Part shown: positions 48,649 through 59,412 of the stretch, in pieces | How the letters are laid out: every line of letters begins with the position of its first letter | Numbering within the stretch: the stretch's first letter is position 1 | Origin: Chitinophaga pinensis | GTDB taxonomy: Bacteria; Bacteroidota; Bacteroidia; 2-12-FULL-35-15 | DNA length: 64,000 nt | Direction: 5' to 3' | Assembly: GCA_945879015.1 (NCBI GenBank) | Contig: CAMCUO010000001.1 | Location: 42,659 to 106,658, forward strand | The notes under the pieces: generated by a model | The model's database searches: none | The model's input: only the letters and a program-made list of their open reading frames with translations | Told to the model about the DNA's origin: nothing | Position numbers and translations under genes: made by a program

Positions 48649-50700
48649 CTACCAAATTTTAACCCTAATCTTCTCTTCACGATACATCTTATCGCCTTTC
48701 TTAATATTGAAAGCTGTGTAGAACTCATCTACATCTGAAAGCGGACCGTTGATACGGAATTCAGCAGGAGAATGTACATCGCTCATTATTTGTTTTGCTA
48801 AAGAAGCATCAGTTCTGTTTACCATCCAAGCATAAGCATACGCTAAAAAGTAACGTTGGTCTGATGTATAGCCATTGTAAAGCTCCTTTGATTGTCCTTG
48901 TTTAGTTTTTTTGAAGGCTTCGTATCCCATAATTACGCCACCCAAATCTGCGATGTTTTCTCCTTGTGTATTTTCGCCCCTTACGTGCATGCTATCTAAA
49001 ACAACATATTTATTAAATTGTTCAACAATTAATTTTGTTCTTTCAACAAATCTTGATCTGTCAACTATTGTCCACCAATCTGTAAGGTTTCCGTTCTCAT
49101 CATATAAACTTCCTTGATCATCAAAACCGTGTGTAATTTCATGTCCAAATGTTGAACCGCCTATAATTCCGTACAATACAGCATCATCTGGCATACGACC
49201 TTCAAATCCTGGTACAATAATATTACATGCCGGAACAACTATTTCATTGCTTGCCGGATTATAATAGGCATTATATGTTTGTGGATACATTTCCCATTCT
49301 GATAAATCAACAGGCTTTCCGTATTTATTTATCATAAAGTTGTATTCCCATCTTTTAATATTCATCATATTTTGAAGGTAGTTATCGCGACTAATTTCCA
49401 AACTCGACATATCTTTCCATTTGTCAGGATAACCTACTTTCATAACAATTTTATTCAATTTAATCATTGCTTTTTCTTTTGTAACATCACTCATCCAAGC
49501 TAATTTTTTGATATGTTCAGCATAAATATCGCGAATGTTGTTTCCAATTTCTAATAGCTTTTCTTTCGTGCCTTTTGGCAAATATTCGTCAACATAAATT
49601 TGTCCAATTAATTCTCCTAACGATTCATTAGTTGTTTCTACAATTGCCTTCCATCTTGGCTTTTGTTCTTTAATTCCATCTAAAACAGTGGAGTAGAAAT
49701 AAAAATTTTGATTCTCAATTTCTTTATTCAAATCCTTAGCATAACTATTTAATAAAGTCCATTTTAAATAAACTTTCCATTCATTTAATTGAACTTTTTT
49801 TAGAGTTGTTTCAAGTTGTGAGAAAAATTCAGGCTGACCAACAACAACTGAATCAACATTGTTTAATCCTAGTTTTGAAAGTGTTTCATTCCAATTGATA
49901 GATGGTGTGATTTTATTTATAGAAGCAACCGACATTTTATTGTAGTTTTTGTACGGGTCTCTCAAATCTTCCATCTTTCTGGATGCCTTAGCTAGCATTG
50001 TTTCTATCGTCATTACAGATGCGGCACTTTTCTCAGATGTGCTTTTTTCTGCTCCTATTAAATCAAACATTTTTTGAACATGTTTTACATATTCATTTCT
50101 AATGTTTATCGTTCTTGAATCTGTATTGAAATAATAATCACGTTCAGGAAGTCCTAAACTGGCTTGTCCAAGTGAAACAACATATTGTGAACTTTTTTTG
50201 TCATCACGAATAACATAAAAACTAAACATTGTACGAGCATTTATTTTATTTAGTTCTGCAACAGCGCCTACTAATTCGGATGTACTTTTAATATCATCAA
50301 TTTTGGAAAATTCCTCCTTGAGTACTGTTATTCCTGCTTTTTCGATACTTACAGTATCCATTCCGCTGAAATATAAATCTCCAATTTTTTGTTTGTTGCT
50401 TCCCTTTTCTGATTTTGAATCTGCAGCTGCCGATTCGCATATTTTTTTTATAGCTTCATTGATAGTATCTTGAATGGTTTGAAAAATGCCATTGCTTTTT
50501 TCTGATGATGGAATAGGATGTTTTTTAAACCAACCATTGTTTGCGAAAAGGAAAAAGTTTTCTCCGGGTGAAATAGAGGAGTCAATGTGAGCTGTTATGG
50601 GATCAATAAACTCATCTTGAGATTTTTGATTTTCATTTGAATTGTTGCACGAATAAATGATTGTTGCAAGTACGCTAGTAAATAAAAATATTTTTTTCAT
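48649..50700 (-). CDS. M13 family zinc metallopeptidase (neprilysin / PepO-like) lipoprotein
   Basis: The lipoprotein signal TIIYSC is present. The zinc site is HEITHGFDD with the distal ligand ENIADLGG, and an NAYY motif is present. Confidence 0.9.
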   Translation of the reverse strand: MKKIFLFTSVLATIIYSCNNSNENQKSQDEFIDPITAHIDSSISPGENFFLFANNGWFKKHPIPSSEKSNGIFQTIQDTINEAIKKICESAAADSKSEKGSNKQKIGDLYFSGMDTVSIEKAGITVLKEEFSKIDDIKSTSELVGAVAELNKINARTMFSFYVIRDDKKSSQYVVSLGQASLGLPERDYYFNTDSRTINIRNEYVKHVQKMFDLIGAEKSTSEKSAASVMTIETMLAKASRKMEDLRDPYKNYNKMSVASINKITPSINWNETLSKLGLNNVDSVVVGQPEFFSQLETTLKKVQLNEWKVYLKWTLLNSYAKDLNKEIENQNFYFYSTVLDGIKEQKPRWKAIVETTNESLGELIGQIYVDEYLPKGTKEKLLEIGNNIRDIYAEHIKKLAWMSDVTKEKAMIKLNKIVMKVGYPDKWKDMSSLEISRDNYLQNMMNIKRWEYNFMINKYGKPVDLSEWEMYPQTYNAYYNPASNEIVVPACNIIVPGFEGRMPDDAVLYGIIGGSTFGHEITHGFDDQGSLYDENGNLTDWWTIVDRSRFVERTKLIVEQFNKYVVLDSMHVRGENTQGENIADLGGVIMGYEAFKKTKQGQSKELYNGYTSDQRYFLAYAYAWMVNRTDASLAKQIMSDVHSPAEFRINGPLSDVDEFYTAFNIKKGDKMYREEKIRVKIW

Positions 50701-50731
50701 GGAAAGGTTATATATAGATTTTAATATTGAA

Positions 50732-51640
50732 TTATTTTGTCAGATGCTTGAAAACATCTTCCAATTTTTGTTCTTCTTTATGCAAAGTCAAAACGGCTAA
50801 ACCATTTTGAACCGCATATTGAAAGATATCGGTGCGTACATCTTTGTCGCCATGAGCTTCAATTTGCCAAATATTGCCTTTTACGTTTTTTGCGTCATAA
50901 ACACCAGTAATATTTTTTAAAGAGTTTCTTGTAGTTTCTTTGTCGAACTCAACAGTAATAAATTGTTTACTCTTTGTTTGAGTATTTTGAATTACGGAGG
51001 TAGTATCATTTGCTACAATCAAACCATTGTTCACAATAATTACTCTATCACATACAGCTTCTACCTCTTGCATAATGTGAGTAGAAAGCATTACTGTTTT
51101 TTCTTTCCCTACTTTAATAATCAAGTTGCGAATTTCTTCCAATTGATTTGGATCTAAACCAGTTGTAGGTTCATCCAAAATAAGCACTTTAGGATCGTGA
51201 ATTAAGGCTTGTGCCAAACCAACTCTTTGTCTGTATCCTTTTGATAGTGCTCCAATTTTCTTTTTCTGTTCCACTTGCAAGCCTGTCATTTCTATCATCT
51301 CAGAAATTCGTTCTTTCATATTTTTGAGTTTATGCAATCCAGCAATAAATTCTAAATACTCCTTTACGTACATCTCTAAATACAAAGGATTGTGTTCTGG
51401 AAGATAGCCAACATTTTTTCTTACATCCAGACTTTGCTCGGCAACATCAAATCCACAAACGGATGCCGTGCCTGAAGTTTGAGGAATAAAACAAGTTAAA
51501 ATTTTCATCATGGTAGATTTTCCAGCTCCGTTCGGACCAAGAAATCCAACTATTTCACCAGTGTTTACTTCAAACGAAACATCATTCAAAGCATTTTGCT
51601 CACCGTAGGTTTTTGTTATATTACTTACTTTAATAGACAT
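50732..51640 (-). CDS. ABC transporter ATP-binding protein (GldA-like)
   Basis: The Walker A motif GPNGAGKST, the signature LSKGYRQR and the Walker B motif LILDEPT are present. The size and N-terminus resemble the gliding-motility GldA ATPase. Confidence 0.55.
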   Translation of the reverse strand: MSIKVSNITKTYGEQNALNDVSFEVNTGEIVGFLGPNGAGKSTMMKILTCFIPQTSGTASVCGFDVAEQSLDVRKNVGYLPEHNPLYLEMYVKEYLEFIAGLHKLKNMKERISEMIEMTGLQVEQKKKIGALSKGYRQRVGLAQALIHDPKVLILDEPTTGLDPNQLEEIRNLIIKVGKEKTVMLSTHIMQEVEAVCDRVIIVNNGLIVANDTTSVIQNTQTKSKQFITVEFDKETTRNSLKNITGVYDAKNVKGNIWQIEAHGDKDVRTDIFQYAVQNGLAVLTLHKEEQKLEDVFKHLTK

Positions 51641-51662
51641 TGTAGTTAATTATATAATGATT

Positions 51663-51763
51663 ATCCCAACGAATTACGAATCTATACGAATGTACGAAAT
51701 ACAAATAATCACACGCATTATTAATTCGTATTTTTCGTATTTTTTTTCGTAATTCGTTGGGAT
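51663..51763. repeat. Long palindromic element with TACGAA/TTCGTA hexamer repeats in the divergent intergenic region
   Basis: Perfect 18 bp arms atcccaacgaattacgaa (51663-80) / ttcgtaattcgttgggat (51746-63). The interior is itself palindromic, with 4x tacgaa, 3x ttcgta and an aataat..attatt centre. Confidence 0.6.
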
Positions 51764-51852
51764 CAGTATGTTTGTAAAGAATCGTGATTTCTAGTCACAA
51801 AGCTAATTCTTTTTGATAAATTTGGTGTTCAAAAAAGTATAAACGGCAAAAA

Positions 51853-52779
51853 ATGCAAGGTGTTGTTATAAAGTCTACTGGAAGTTGGTATACTGTTCTA
51901 TCAGAGGGCAGTATAATTGAGTGCAGAATAAAAGGTGTTTTTAGAATAAAGGATATTAAAACCACAAACCCTATTGCTGTTGGCGATAATGTTGAGTTTG
52001 AAATGGAAGCAGATGGAAGGGGAGTGATACACGTTATTGCCGACCGTAAAAATTATATCATTCGTAAATCTATAAATCTTTCAAAACAATCACACATTCT
52101 TGCTGCAAACGTTGATCAAGCAATGTTGATTGTTACATTGGCTTTTCCGCGTACTTCAGCTGGTTTCATTGATCGATTTTTGCTGACGGCTGAGGCTTAT
52201 CATATTCCGACCAAAATTATTTTTAACAAAGTCGATTTGTTTTTGAAAGAGGAAAACTCTATGAAAGAGTTGAATGATTTCATCGCTGTTTATGAAAAGA
52301 TAGGTTATCAGTGTTTTAAAGTTTCTGCTACCGAAAATATAGACATTGAAGTGTTGAAAAATTTAACAAAAGACAAAACCAGTTTAGTTGCTGGTCATTC
52401 AGGAGTGGGAAAATCTACTTTAGTTAATGCAATGGATTCGAATTTAGATTTAAAAGTAGGAGAAATTTCAGATGCTCATAGTAAAGGAAAACATACAACC
52501 ACTTTCGCAGAAATGCATCCTTTAATTTATGGTGGATTTATAATTGATACACCAGGAATAAAAGAATTAGGTTTAGTAGACATGGAAAAAGAAGAGATAG
52601 GAAACTATTTTCCAGAAATGCACGTCATAAAAAATCAATGTAAATTCAATAATTGTATTCATGTAAATGAACCGAAATGTGCAGTAATTGCAGCGGTTGA
52701 AAAGGGAGAAATAGCTTTGTCGAGATACACTAGTTATTTAGGAATAATGAATGGGGAAGAGCTTGAAACAGAGTATTGA
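51853..52779 (+). CDS. rsgA: Ribosome small-subunit-dependent GTPase A
   Basis: The GTPase is circularly permuted, with NKVDL preceding GHSGVGKSTLVNA. A C-terminal zinc finger CKFNNCIHVNEPKC is present. Confidence 0.9.
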   Translation: MQGVVIKSTGSWYTVLSEGSIIECRIKGVFRIKDIKTTNPIAVGDNVEFEMEADGRGVIHVIADRKNYIIRKSINLSKQSHILAANVDQAMLIVTLAFPRTSAGFIDRFLLTAEAYHIPTKIIFNKVDLFLKEENSMKELNDFIAVYEKIGYQCFKVSATENIDIEVLKNLTKDKTSLVAGHSGVGKSTLVNAMDSNLDLKVGEISDAHSKGKHTTTFAEMHPLIYGGFIIDTPGIKELGLVDMEKEEIGNYFPEMHVIKNQCKFNNCIHVNEPKCAVIAAVEKGEIALSRYTSYLGIMNGEELETEY

Positions 52780-52804
52780 AAATTTCATTTTCCAATTTTT
52801 TTAA

Positions 52805-53257
52805 ATGAAAGTAGTTGTCCAGCGAGTTAGCCAAGCATCTGTTACAATTAATGGGAAAATAAAAAGTTCCATTGGCTTGGGTTTGCTTGTATTGTTGGGT
52901 ATTGAACATTCAGACTCTCAAGAAGACATTGAGTGGTTGAGTTCAAAAATTGTTAATCTGAGAATATTTAATGACGAAAATGGCATAATGAATTTTTCAT
53001 TAAAAGATACTAACGGAGAACTTGTTCTTGTTTCCCAATTTACATTACACGCCTCTATAAAAAAAGGAAATCGTCCTTCCTATATTAAAGCCGCAAAACC
53101 AGAAATTGCAATTCCGCTGTATGAAAAAATGATTGCGCAATTGCAAAACGATTTAGGAAAAAGTATTCATACGGGAAGTTTCGGAGCAGATATGAAAGTA
53201 AGTTTGTTGAATGATGGTCCGGTTACGATTGTGATTGACAGCAAACAAAAGGAGTAG
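52805..53257 (+). CDS. dtd: D-aminoacyl-tRNA deacylase
   Basis: MKVVVQRVSQASVTINGK and SQFTLHA are present. The protein is about 150 aa. Confidence 0.9.
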   Translation: MKVVVQRVSQASVTINGKIKSSIGLGLLVLLGIEHSDSQEDIEWLSSKIVNLRIFNDENGIMNFSLKDTNGELVLVSQFTLHASIKKGNRPSYIKAAKPEIAIPLYEKMIAQLQNDLGKSIHTGSFGADMKVSLLNDGPVTIVIDSKQKE

Positions 53258-53344
53258 GCAATGTTGCAGTTGGCAATGAAAAAATTTAAACAAATTTTAA
53301 TTCTTTTAATTGCCAACTGCCTACTGAAAAATTGCCAATTGACA

Positions 53345-54586
53345 TTACTCGAACCTCAATGCCTCAATCGGATCCAAATTAGAAGCTTTAATCGCAGGAT
53401 AAATTCCCGCCATAGTTCCAACAGCTAAACAAAGCCCAATGCTCATTAAAATCCAATCCCAAGGAATAATAAAACTTATTTCAAACTGAAGTGCAATAAG
53501 ATTTCCTAAAATGATTCCAAGTAATGTTCCAAAAAATCCTCCTAGTTGGCAGATTACAAGCGCTTCTACTAAAAACTGACTTCGAATAACTTTTTTTGTT
53601 GCACCTACTGCTTTTCTAATTCCAATTTCACGGGTTCGTTCCGAAACGGATACCAACATTATATTCATCAAGCCGATAGCTGCTCCTAAAAGTGTGATGA
53701 ATCCAATTATTGTTGCGCCCATTGTCACTTTCTGCATATTATCAATCAGCAAGTTTGCAAGATTATCACTCTTAGTAATTTCAAAATTATCTTCTTCTGT
53801 AGCACTTAATCTTCGAATGACTCTGAAGGTTCCTGTTGCTTCCCCAATGGCTGCAGACATTAACTGAGAATTGTTACACATAATATTTATTGTGAAGGTC
53901 ATGTTTGGAATTGAAAAATACTGACGCACATTACTTAATGGTAAAATACTTACTTTATCTCCTCCAAAGCCAACACTATTTCCTTTTGATTTTAAGGTTC
54001 CGATAATTCGATATTTTCCACTTCCAATAGTAATTATCTTGTCAATTGGGTCTTGTTTTTTAGTAAACAATGCATCAATAACTTCTTTTCCTAAAATCAC
54101 AACATGACTTCCATAAAGAATTTCATTAGCAGAAAAATTTCTTCCTTTGTCCAATTCATAACCCGATGTGGCGATGTAATTTTCATCACCACCAAAAACC
54201 CGAATATTTGGATTGGTTTTTTTTGATTCAAATTTTAATGTAGAAGCACCTGCTGCGAATGTCGAAACAGATGGTTTTGCAGGAAAATTATAGGCTTTAC
54301 TAAAATCGATGGCTTCCTGATAGGTAATGTTTCTGAATTTTTTTGGTCTTTTTCCATTTTTGCCAATTCTCACCGTCATTTCACGATTTCGAATCGTAAA
54401 TGTATTGGCTCCCATGTTTGTAAAATTGCTATTGATCGACGACTTTAAAGCATCAATAGAAGTAAGCGTTCCAACTAAGGACATGATGCCAAAAGAAATG
54501 ATAACAATAGTAAGAATAGTGCGCAACAATTGGCTTCGAATTGCTCGTAGCGATATTTTGATATTTTCTCTTAAAACAGAAGCCAT
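53345..54586 (-). CDS. ABC transporter permease, FtsX/MacB-like
   Basis: An N-terminal transmembrane helix is followed by a periplasmic MacB-PCD domain and a C-terminal FtsX four-transmembrane domain. Confidence 0.8.
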   Translation of the reverse strand: MASVLRENIKISLRAIRSQLLRTILTIVIISFGIMSLVGTLTSIDALKSSINSNFTNMGANTFTIRNREMTVRIGKNGKRPKKFRNITYQEAIDFSKAYNFPAKPSVSTFAAGASTLKFESKKTNPNIRVFGGDENYIATSGYELDKGRNFSANEILYGSHVVILGKEVIDALFTKKQDPIDKIITIGSGKYRIIGTLKSKGNSVGFGGDKVSILPLSNVRQYFSIPNMTFTINIMCNNSQLMSAAIGEATGTFRVIRRLSATEEDNFEITKSDNLANLLIDNMQKVTMGATIIGFITLLGAAIGLMNIMLVSVSERTREIGIRKAVGATKKVIRSQFLVEALVICQLGGFFGTLLGIILGNLIALQFEISFIIPWDWILMSIGLCLAVGTMAGIYPAIKASNLDPIEALRFE

Positions 54587-54738
54587 TGCTGAATATTGAG
54601 CAGCAAAATTAGTAAACTAATTGAATAGAAGTGGTTTTAACACTAGACTTTATTATTTTGATAATTTTCTATCATAAAATGCCCTCCAAATTGCTACAAT
54701 AATGTATCTTTATGTCGTCTTTTTAAAATCATTCCACA

Positions 54739-55623
54739 ATGTCAAAAAAATATCAATTTCTGAGTCTTATTGTTCTACTGTTTGTTTTTGCAAGTTCAAC
54801 ACTATTTGCTCAAGCAAAAAAGCCAGCAGCAGGTGCAAAAGGAGCTCCCGTCGTTAAGGCTTCCGCACAAGGAACATTTGCAGCAGATATGGATTGCACA
54901 GTAAAATTAAATGGTGCAGCAAAAGTAATTAGCTTAAAAGCATACACTCCATTGGATGTAGTTTTGAAAGTTGGTGATAATACAATTGAAGCACAATCTA
55001 TTGACAAAAAAGCAAATTATCGAAATACAGTTATTGGTAAAGCAGGAGAAAAAGTAATTATAGAAATTTCATTTTTTGACGACTCAAAGTTTTTGGATTA
55101 TATAAAAACAGGAAACATAACCATGGCGGAAACAGCCATTAAAAAAAATCCAGGATTAGCAACCAATGAAGATGGTTTACTAGTTTCTTCACCGCTTCAA
55201 ATTGCAATAGAGAATTCTCAACCAGAAATGGTAATATATTTAATGAGCAAGGGAGCAAGTTTTTTAAAGCCGGAAAACATCTACCCTTTACATTTATCAA
55301 TTAAATATGCATCTTCTTTAAAGCCTGCAAAAGATAAATCTGCTCCTGATAAATTATTACTTGATTTGTTTTTAAGTAAAGGATGTAAAATTACCGATAA
55401 AGATGATGGAGGAAACACTCCTTTACATTGTGCTGTGAGAGCAGGTAAAATGGATATGGTTACAATGTTAGTGAAATTGGGTGCAGATGTAAATGCAAAA
55501 AATGATTTTGATGATACGCCAATGAAAATTGCTGAAGACAAAGGATTGATTTCAATCATTAGTTTTCTTGCAGCAAATGGAGCAACACCTCCCAAAAAGG
55601 CGGTTGAAGAAGAAGAGAAATAA
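54739..55623 (+). CDS. Secreted ankyrin-repeat protein
   Basis: A signal peptide ending FAQA is followed by C-terminal ankyrin repeats (GNTPLHCAVRAGKMDMVTMLVKLGADVNAKN...). Confidence 0.7.
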   Translation: MSKKYQFLSLIVLLFVFASSTLFAQAKKPAAGAKGAPVVKASAQGTFAADMDCTVKLNGAAKVISLKAYTPLDVVLKVGDNTIEAQSIDKKANYRNTVIGKAGEKVIIEISFFDDSKFLDYIKTGNITMAETAIKKNPGLATNEDGLLVSSPLQIAIENSQPEMVIYLMSKGASFLKPENIYPLHLSIKYASSLKPAKDKSAPDKLLLDLFLSKGCKITDKDDGGNTPLHCAVRAGKMDMVTMLVKLGADVNAKNDFDDTPMKIAEDKGLISIISFLAANGATPPKKAVEEEEK

Positions 55624-55652
55624 TATAAACAAATAATATATAAAACGAAATT

Positions 55653-57920
55653 ATGGCATTTGACATTGAGATGATAAAGGCACTTTACGAAAAGATGCCC
55701 TCTAAAGTTGAAGCAGCGCGTAAATTAATTGGCCGCCCGCTTACTCTCACCGAAAAAATTCTATACGCTCATTTACATCCGGAACAAAAACCTGAAAATT
55801 TTCAACGAGGAAAATCCTATGTTGATTTTGCTCCAGATAGAGTTGCTATGCAGGATGCGACTGCACAAATGGCGCTTTTGCAATTTATGCAATCGGGTCG
55901 ACCGAAAGTTGCTGTTCCTTCAACAGTTCATTGTGATCACTTGATTACAGCAAAAGAAGGTGCTGCAACTGATTTAGCTTTTGCTACAAAAGAAAGCAAA
56001 GAAGTATTTGATTTCTTAGGTTCTGTTTCTAATAAATATGGAATCGGTTTTTGGAAACCAGGTGCTGGAATTATTCACCAAGTAGTTTTAGAAAATTATG
56101 CATTTCCTGGTGGAATGATGATTGGAACCGATTCACACACAGTAAATGCTGGTGGATTAGGAATGATTGCAATTGGTGTTGGTGGTGCTGATGCTTGTGA
56201 TGTAATGGCAGGATTGGCTTGGGAATTAAAAATGCCAAAATTAATTGGTGTGAAATTAACAGGAAAATTAAATGGCTGGACAGCACCAAAAGATGTTATC
56301 TTAAAAGTAGCAGGAATTCTAACAGTGAAAGGTGGAACAGATGCCGTTGTAGAATATTTTGGTGAAGGAGCAATTTCAATGAGCTGTACTGGTAAAGGAA
56401 CAATTTGTAATATGGGTGCAGAAATTGGTGCTACCACTTCTACATTTGGTTACGATGCTTCCATGGAGCGTTACTTAAAAGCTACTGGTAGAGCAGATGT
56501 TGCTGAACTTGCTAATAAAGTAAAAGAACATTTAACAGCAGATGCAGAAGTTTATGCAAATCCGGAAAAATATTTTGATCAAGTAATTGAAATTGATTTA
56601 AATACTTTGGAGCCACATGTAAACGGACCATTCACTCCAGATTTAGCAACTCCAATTTCTAAATTGAAAGAGGAAGCAATTAAAAATGGTTGGCCTTTAA
56701 AAATTTCTGTTGGTTTACTTGGTTCTTGCACCAATTCATCTTACGAAGATATTTCCCGTGCTGTGAGTTTAGCAAAACAAGTTTCCGCAAAAAATTTAAA
56801 AGCAAAATCCGAATATTTAATTAATCCAGGTTCAGAACAAATTCGTTTTACAATTAAACGTGACGGTTTCTTGGATGTGTTTGATCAAATTGGTGCAAAG
56901 GTATTTACTAATGCTTGTGGGCCATGTATAGGAATGTGGGATAGAATGGGTGCAGAGAAACAAGAAAAAAATACCATCATTCATTCTTTCAATAGAAATT
57001 TTGCAAAACGTGCGGATGGAAATCCAAACACGTATGCATTTGTTGCTTCTCCTGAAATAGTTACTGCAATGGCAATTGCGGGTGATTTGACTTTTAATCC
57101 TTTAACAGATTATTTGACAAACGAAAAAGGTGAACAAGTAAAATTAGATGCGCCAAGCGGTGATGAATTGCCACCAAAAGGTTTTGCAGTAGAAGATGCA
57201 GGTTATCAAGCACCAGCTGCTGATGGAAGCAAAGTTTCAATTGTTGTTTCACCAACTTCTGACCGCTTACAATTATTAGATCCATTTGCTGCTTGGGAAG
57301 GTGTTGATTTGAAAGGATTAAAATTATTAATCAAAGCAAAAGGAAAATGTACAACGGACCATATTTCGATGGCAGGACCATGGTTGAAGTTCCGCGGACA
57401 TTTAGATAATATTTCTAACAATATGTTGATTGGTGCAGTAAATGCATTCAATGAAAAAACGGATAACGTTAAAAATCAATTGACAAATACTTACGATTCT
57501 GTTCCGAAAGTTCAACGTGCATACAAAGCACAGAGAATCGGTTCAATTGTAGTGGGTGATGAAAATTACGGAGAAGGTTCATCTCGTGAACACGCAGCCA
57601 TGGAACCTCGTCACCTGGGTGTTCGTGCTGTTTTGGTAAAATCATTTGCTCGTATTCACGAAACAAATTTGAAAAAACAAGGAATGTTAGGTTTAACATT
57701 CGCTGATAAATCGGATTACGAAAAAATTAAAGAAGATGATTCAATTGATATTATTGGTTTAACTTCATTCGCTCCGAATACTCCATTAGCATTGGTGTTT
57801 AATCATGCTGATGGAAGCAAAGATGAAATCAAAGCGAACCATACTTACAATGCACAACAAATAGAATGGTTTAAGGCAGGTGGTGCTTTAAATATCATTC
57901 GTGCAAACGTGAAAGCTTAA
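55653..57920 (+). CDS. acn: Aconitate hydratase (755 aa, mitochondrial-type)
   Basis: The cluster-binding cysteines are present (GSCTNSS and [10 protein letters not shown]), together with the SRxxA motif ... SSREHAA. Confidence 0.95.
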   Translation: MAFDIEMIKALYEKMPSKVEAARKLIGRPLTLTEKILYAHLHPEQKPENFQRGKSYVDFAPDRVAMQDATAQMALLQFMQSGRPKVAVPSTVHCDHLITAKEGAATDLAFATKESKEVFDFLGSVSNKYGIGFWKPGAGIIHQVVLENYAFPGGMMIGTDSHTVNAGGLGMIAIGVGGADACDVMAGLAWELKMPKLIGVKLTGKLNGWTAPKDVILKVAGILTVKGGTDAVVEYFGEGAISMSCTGKGTICNMGAEIGATTSTFGYDASMERYLKATGRADVAELANKVKEHLTADAEVYANPEKYFDQVIEIDLNTLEPHVNGPFTPDLATPISKLKEEAIKNGWPLKISVGLLGSCTNSSYEDISRAVSLAKQVSAKNLKAKSEYLINPGSEQIRFTIKRDGFLDVFDQIGAKVFTNACGPCIGMWDRMGAEKQEKNTIIHSFNRNFAKRADGNPNTYAFVASPEIVTAMAIAGDLTFNPLTDYLTNEKGEQVKLDAPSGDELPPKGFAVEDAGYQAPAADGSKVSIVVSPTSDRLQLLDPFAAWEGVDLKGLKLLIKAKGKCTTDHISMAGPWLKFRGHLDNISNNMLIGAVNAFNEKTDNVKNQLTNTYDSVPKVQRAYKAQRIGSIVVGDENYGEGSSREHAAMEPRHLGVRAVLVKSFARIHETNLKKQGMLGLTFADKSDYEKIKEDDSIDIIGLTSFAPNTPLALVFNHADGSKDEIKANHTYNAQQIEWFKAGGALNIIRANVKA

Positions 57921-58021
57921 AGAGATTTGAGATATTAGATTTCAGATGTTAGACAAAAGTGTGTTGCAATATTGTAGCGCACTTTTGTTATAAATACTAA
58001 TAACTAACAACAAACAACAGA

Positions 58022-58894
58022 GTGAAAGCATACAACCCTAAAGATTGGTCAAAATTAATTTTTCATTTTCATAAGTCCGATTCCTTTCGAATGCTTTTGC
58101 CTGCTATGATGGCTTTGGCATTTTACGCTGGTATTCTGTGTTATCTTGACGTGGAATTAAATGTGATCAAGCTCAGAAGCACAACCGTTTTGCATTCACT
58201 TTTAGGTTTTGTACTTTCATTATTACTGGTTTTTCGTACAAACACAGCTTACGATCGCTGGTGGGAAGGAAGAAAGTTGTGGGGAGATTTGATTAACAAC
58301 AGCAGAAATTTTATGTTGAAGTTAAATGCTTTTTTGCCTGCTGAAAAAAAAGAATTGAAAAATGGCTTTAGAATTTTAATCAGTAATTATGCTTTTGCTT
58401 TAAAAGAGCACTTGCGTGGAGGTTTTATTGCGGAGCAATTAGAAGATCATCCGAATTTGAGATTAAATGACTTGAGCAGATGCAATCACATTCCAAACAG
58501 AATTGCACAGCAGATGTATAGTGAAGTCGAAGCTTTACAAAAACAAAAGTTAATAAGTGAAGAAAAATTAATTATACTGAACGAAGAGTTACGTTCGTTT
58601 ACAAATATTGCAGGTGCTTGTGAGCGTATCAAAGCTACTCCCATTCCTTTTTCTTACAGTACGTTTATTAAGCGTGTCATTCTGCTTTACATGATCACAC
58701 TTCCCTTAGGCTTAGTGGGCGATTTTAAATGGGCTACAATTCCGATGGTGCTGTTCGTGTTTTATGCTTTTGCAGGATTAGAGCTTATTGCGGAAGAAAT
58801 AGAAGACCCTTTCGGTCACGAAGACAATGATTTGCCTACAGATGAAATTGCTTCAAAGATCAAGAAGAATTTAAAAGAGATTGTAGAATTTTAG
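58022..58894 (+). CDS. Bestrophin-family (UPF0187) anion channel homolog
   Basis: Four transmembrane helices are predicted and the conserved EEIEDPFG motif is present. Confidence 0.65.
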   Translation: MKAYNPKDWSKLIFHFHKSDSFRMLLPAMMALAFYAGILCYLDVELNVIKLRSTTVLHSLLGFVLSLLLVFRTNTAYDRWWEGRKLWGDLINNSRNFMLKLNAFLPAEKKELKNGFRILISNYAFALKEHLRGGFIAEQLEDHPNLRLNDLSRCNHIPNRIAQQMYSEVEALQKQKLISEEKLIILNEELRSFTNIAGACERIKATPIPFSYSTFIKRVILLYMITLPLGLVGDFKWATIPMVLFVFYAFAGLELIAEEIEDPFGHEDNDLPTDEIASKIKKNLKEIVEF

Positions 58895-59166
58895 AGAGCG
58901 ATTAATCCTTCAATTCCTTCCATCTCTTTATACTTTTCAATAATGGAATCGGCATCTAACATTACTTCTTTTATTGTAATGCTGATATATTTTCCATTTG
59001 CTGATTCTTTTTGAGAAATAGTGGCTTCGTCCGAAAACTTAGATTCCACCAAAGCAATTTTTCTATTATCCGCTTGTACAATGAACTTAAACATATAAAT
59101 AGTAGGCCAATCTTTTTCCTTAGCCAATTGAACTCTCAATTTTTCGAACTGTTCATCTTTATTCAT
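58891..59166 (-). CDS. DUF493 (YbeD-like) protein
   Basis: About 90 aa, with YMFKFIVQ..., SANGKYISITIKE and a C-terminal pattern parallel to YbeD. Confidence 0.5.
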   Translation of the reverse strand: MNKDEQFEKLRVQLAKEKDWPTIYMFKFIVQADNRKIALVESKFSDEATISQKESANGKYISITIKEVMLDADSIIEKYKEMEGIEGLIAL

Positions 59167-59205
59167 AGTGTAAAGATAAAGCTAATGTTATAACTTTGTT
59201 GAATC

Positions 59206-59412
59206 ATGGAAAAATTTCAACTGACAGAGGAATACATTCAACTAAATCAATTATTAAAGGCAATTGCTTGGTGCTCGAGTGGAGCAGAAGCTAATTCAAT
59301 GATTGATAGCGGTCAAGTAAAGGTAAACGGAGAAGTCGAATTAAGAAAACGAAATAAAATCAGAAAAGGTTTCAAAGTAGAATTCAACAATCAAATTGTA
59401 ATTACTGAATAA
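59206..59412 (+). CDS. S4-domain RNA-binding protein (YbcJ-like)
   Basis: LNQLLKAIAWCSSGAEANSMIDSGQVKVNGEVELRKRNKIRKG is present. Confidence 0.7.
   Translation: MEKFQLTEEYIQLNQLLKAIAWCSSGAEANSMIDSGQVKVNGEVELRKRNKIRKGFKVEFNNQIVITE

Noticed and set aside
57921-58021. agat-rich quasi-tandem (gagatttgagatattagatttcagatgttagac) and an 8 bp stem hairpin after the aconitase gene
   Set aside because: It is short and imperfect and is adequately explained as a weak terminator or AT-rich spacer.
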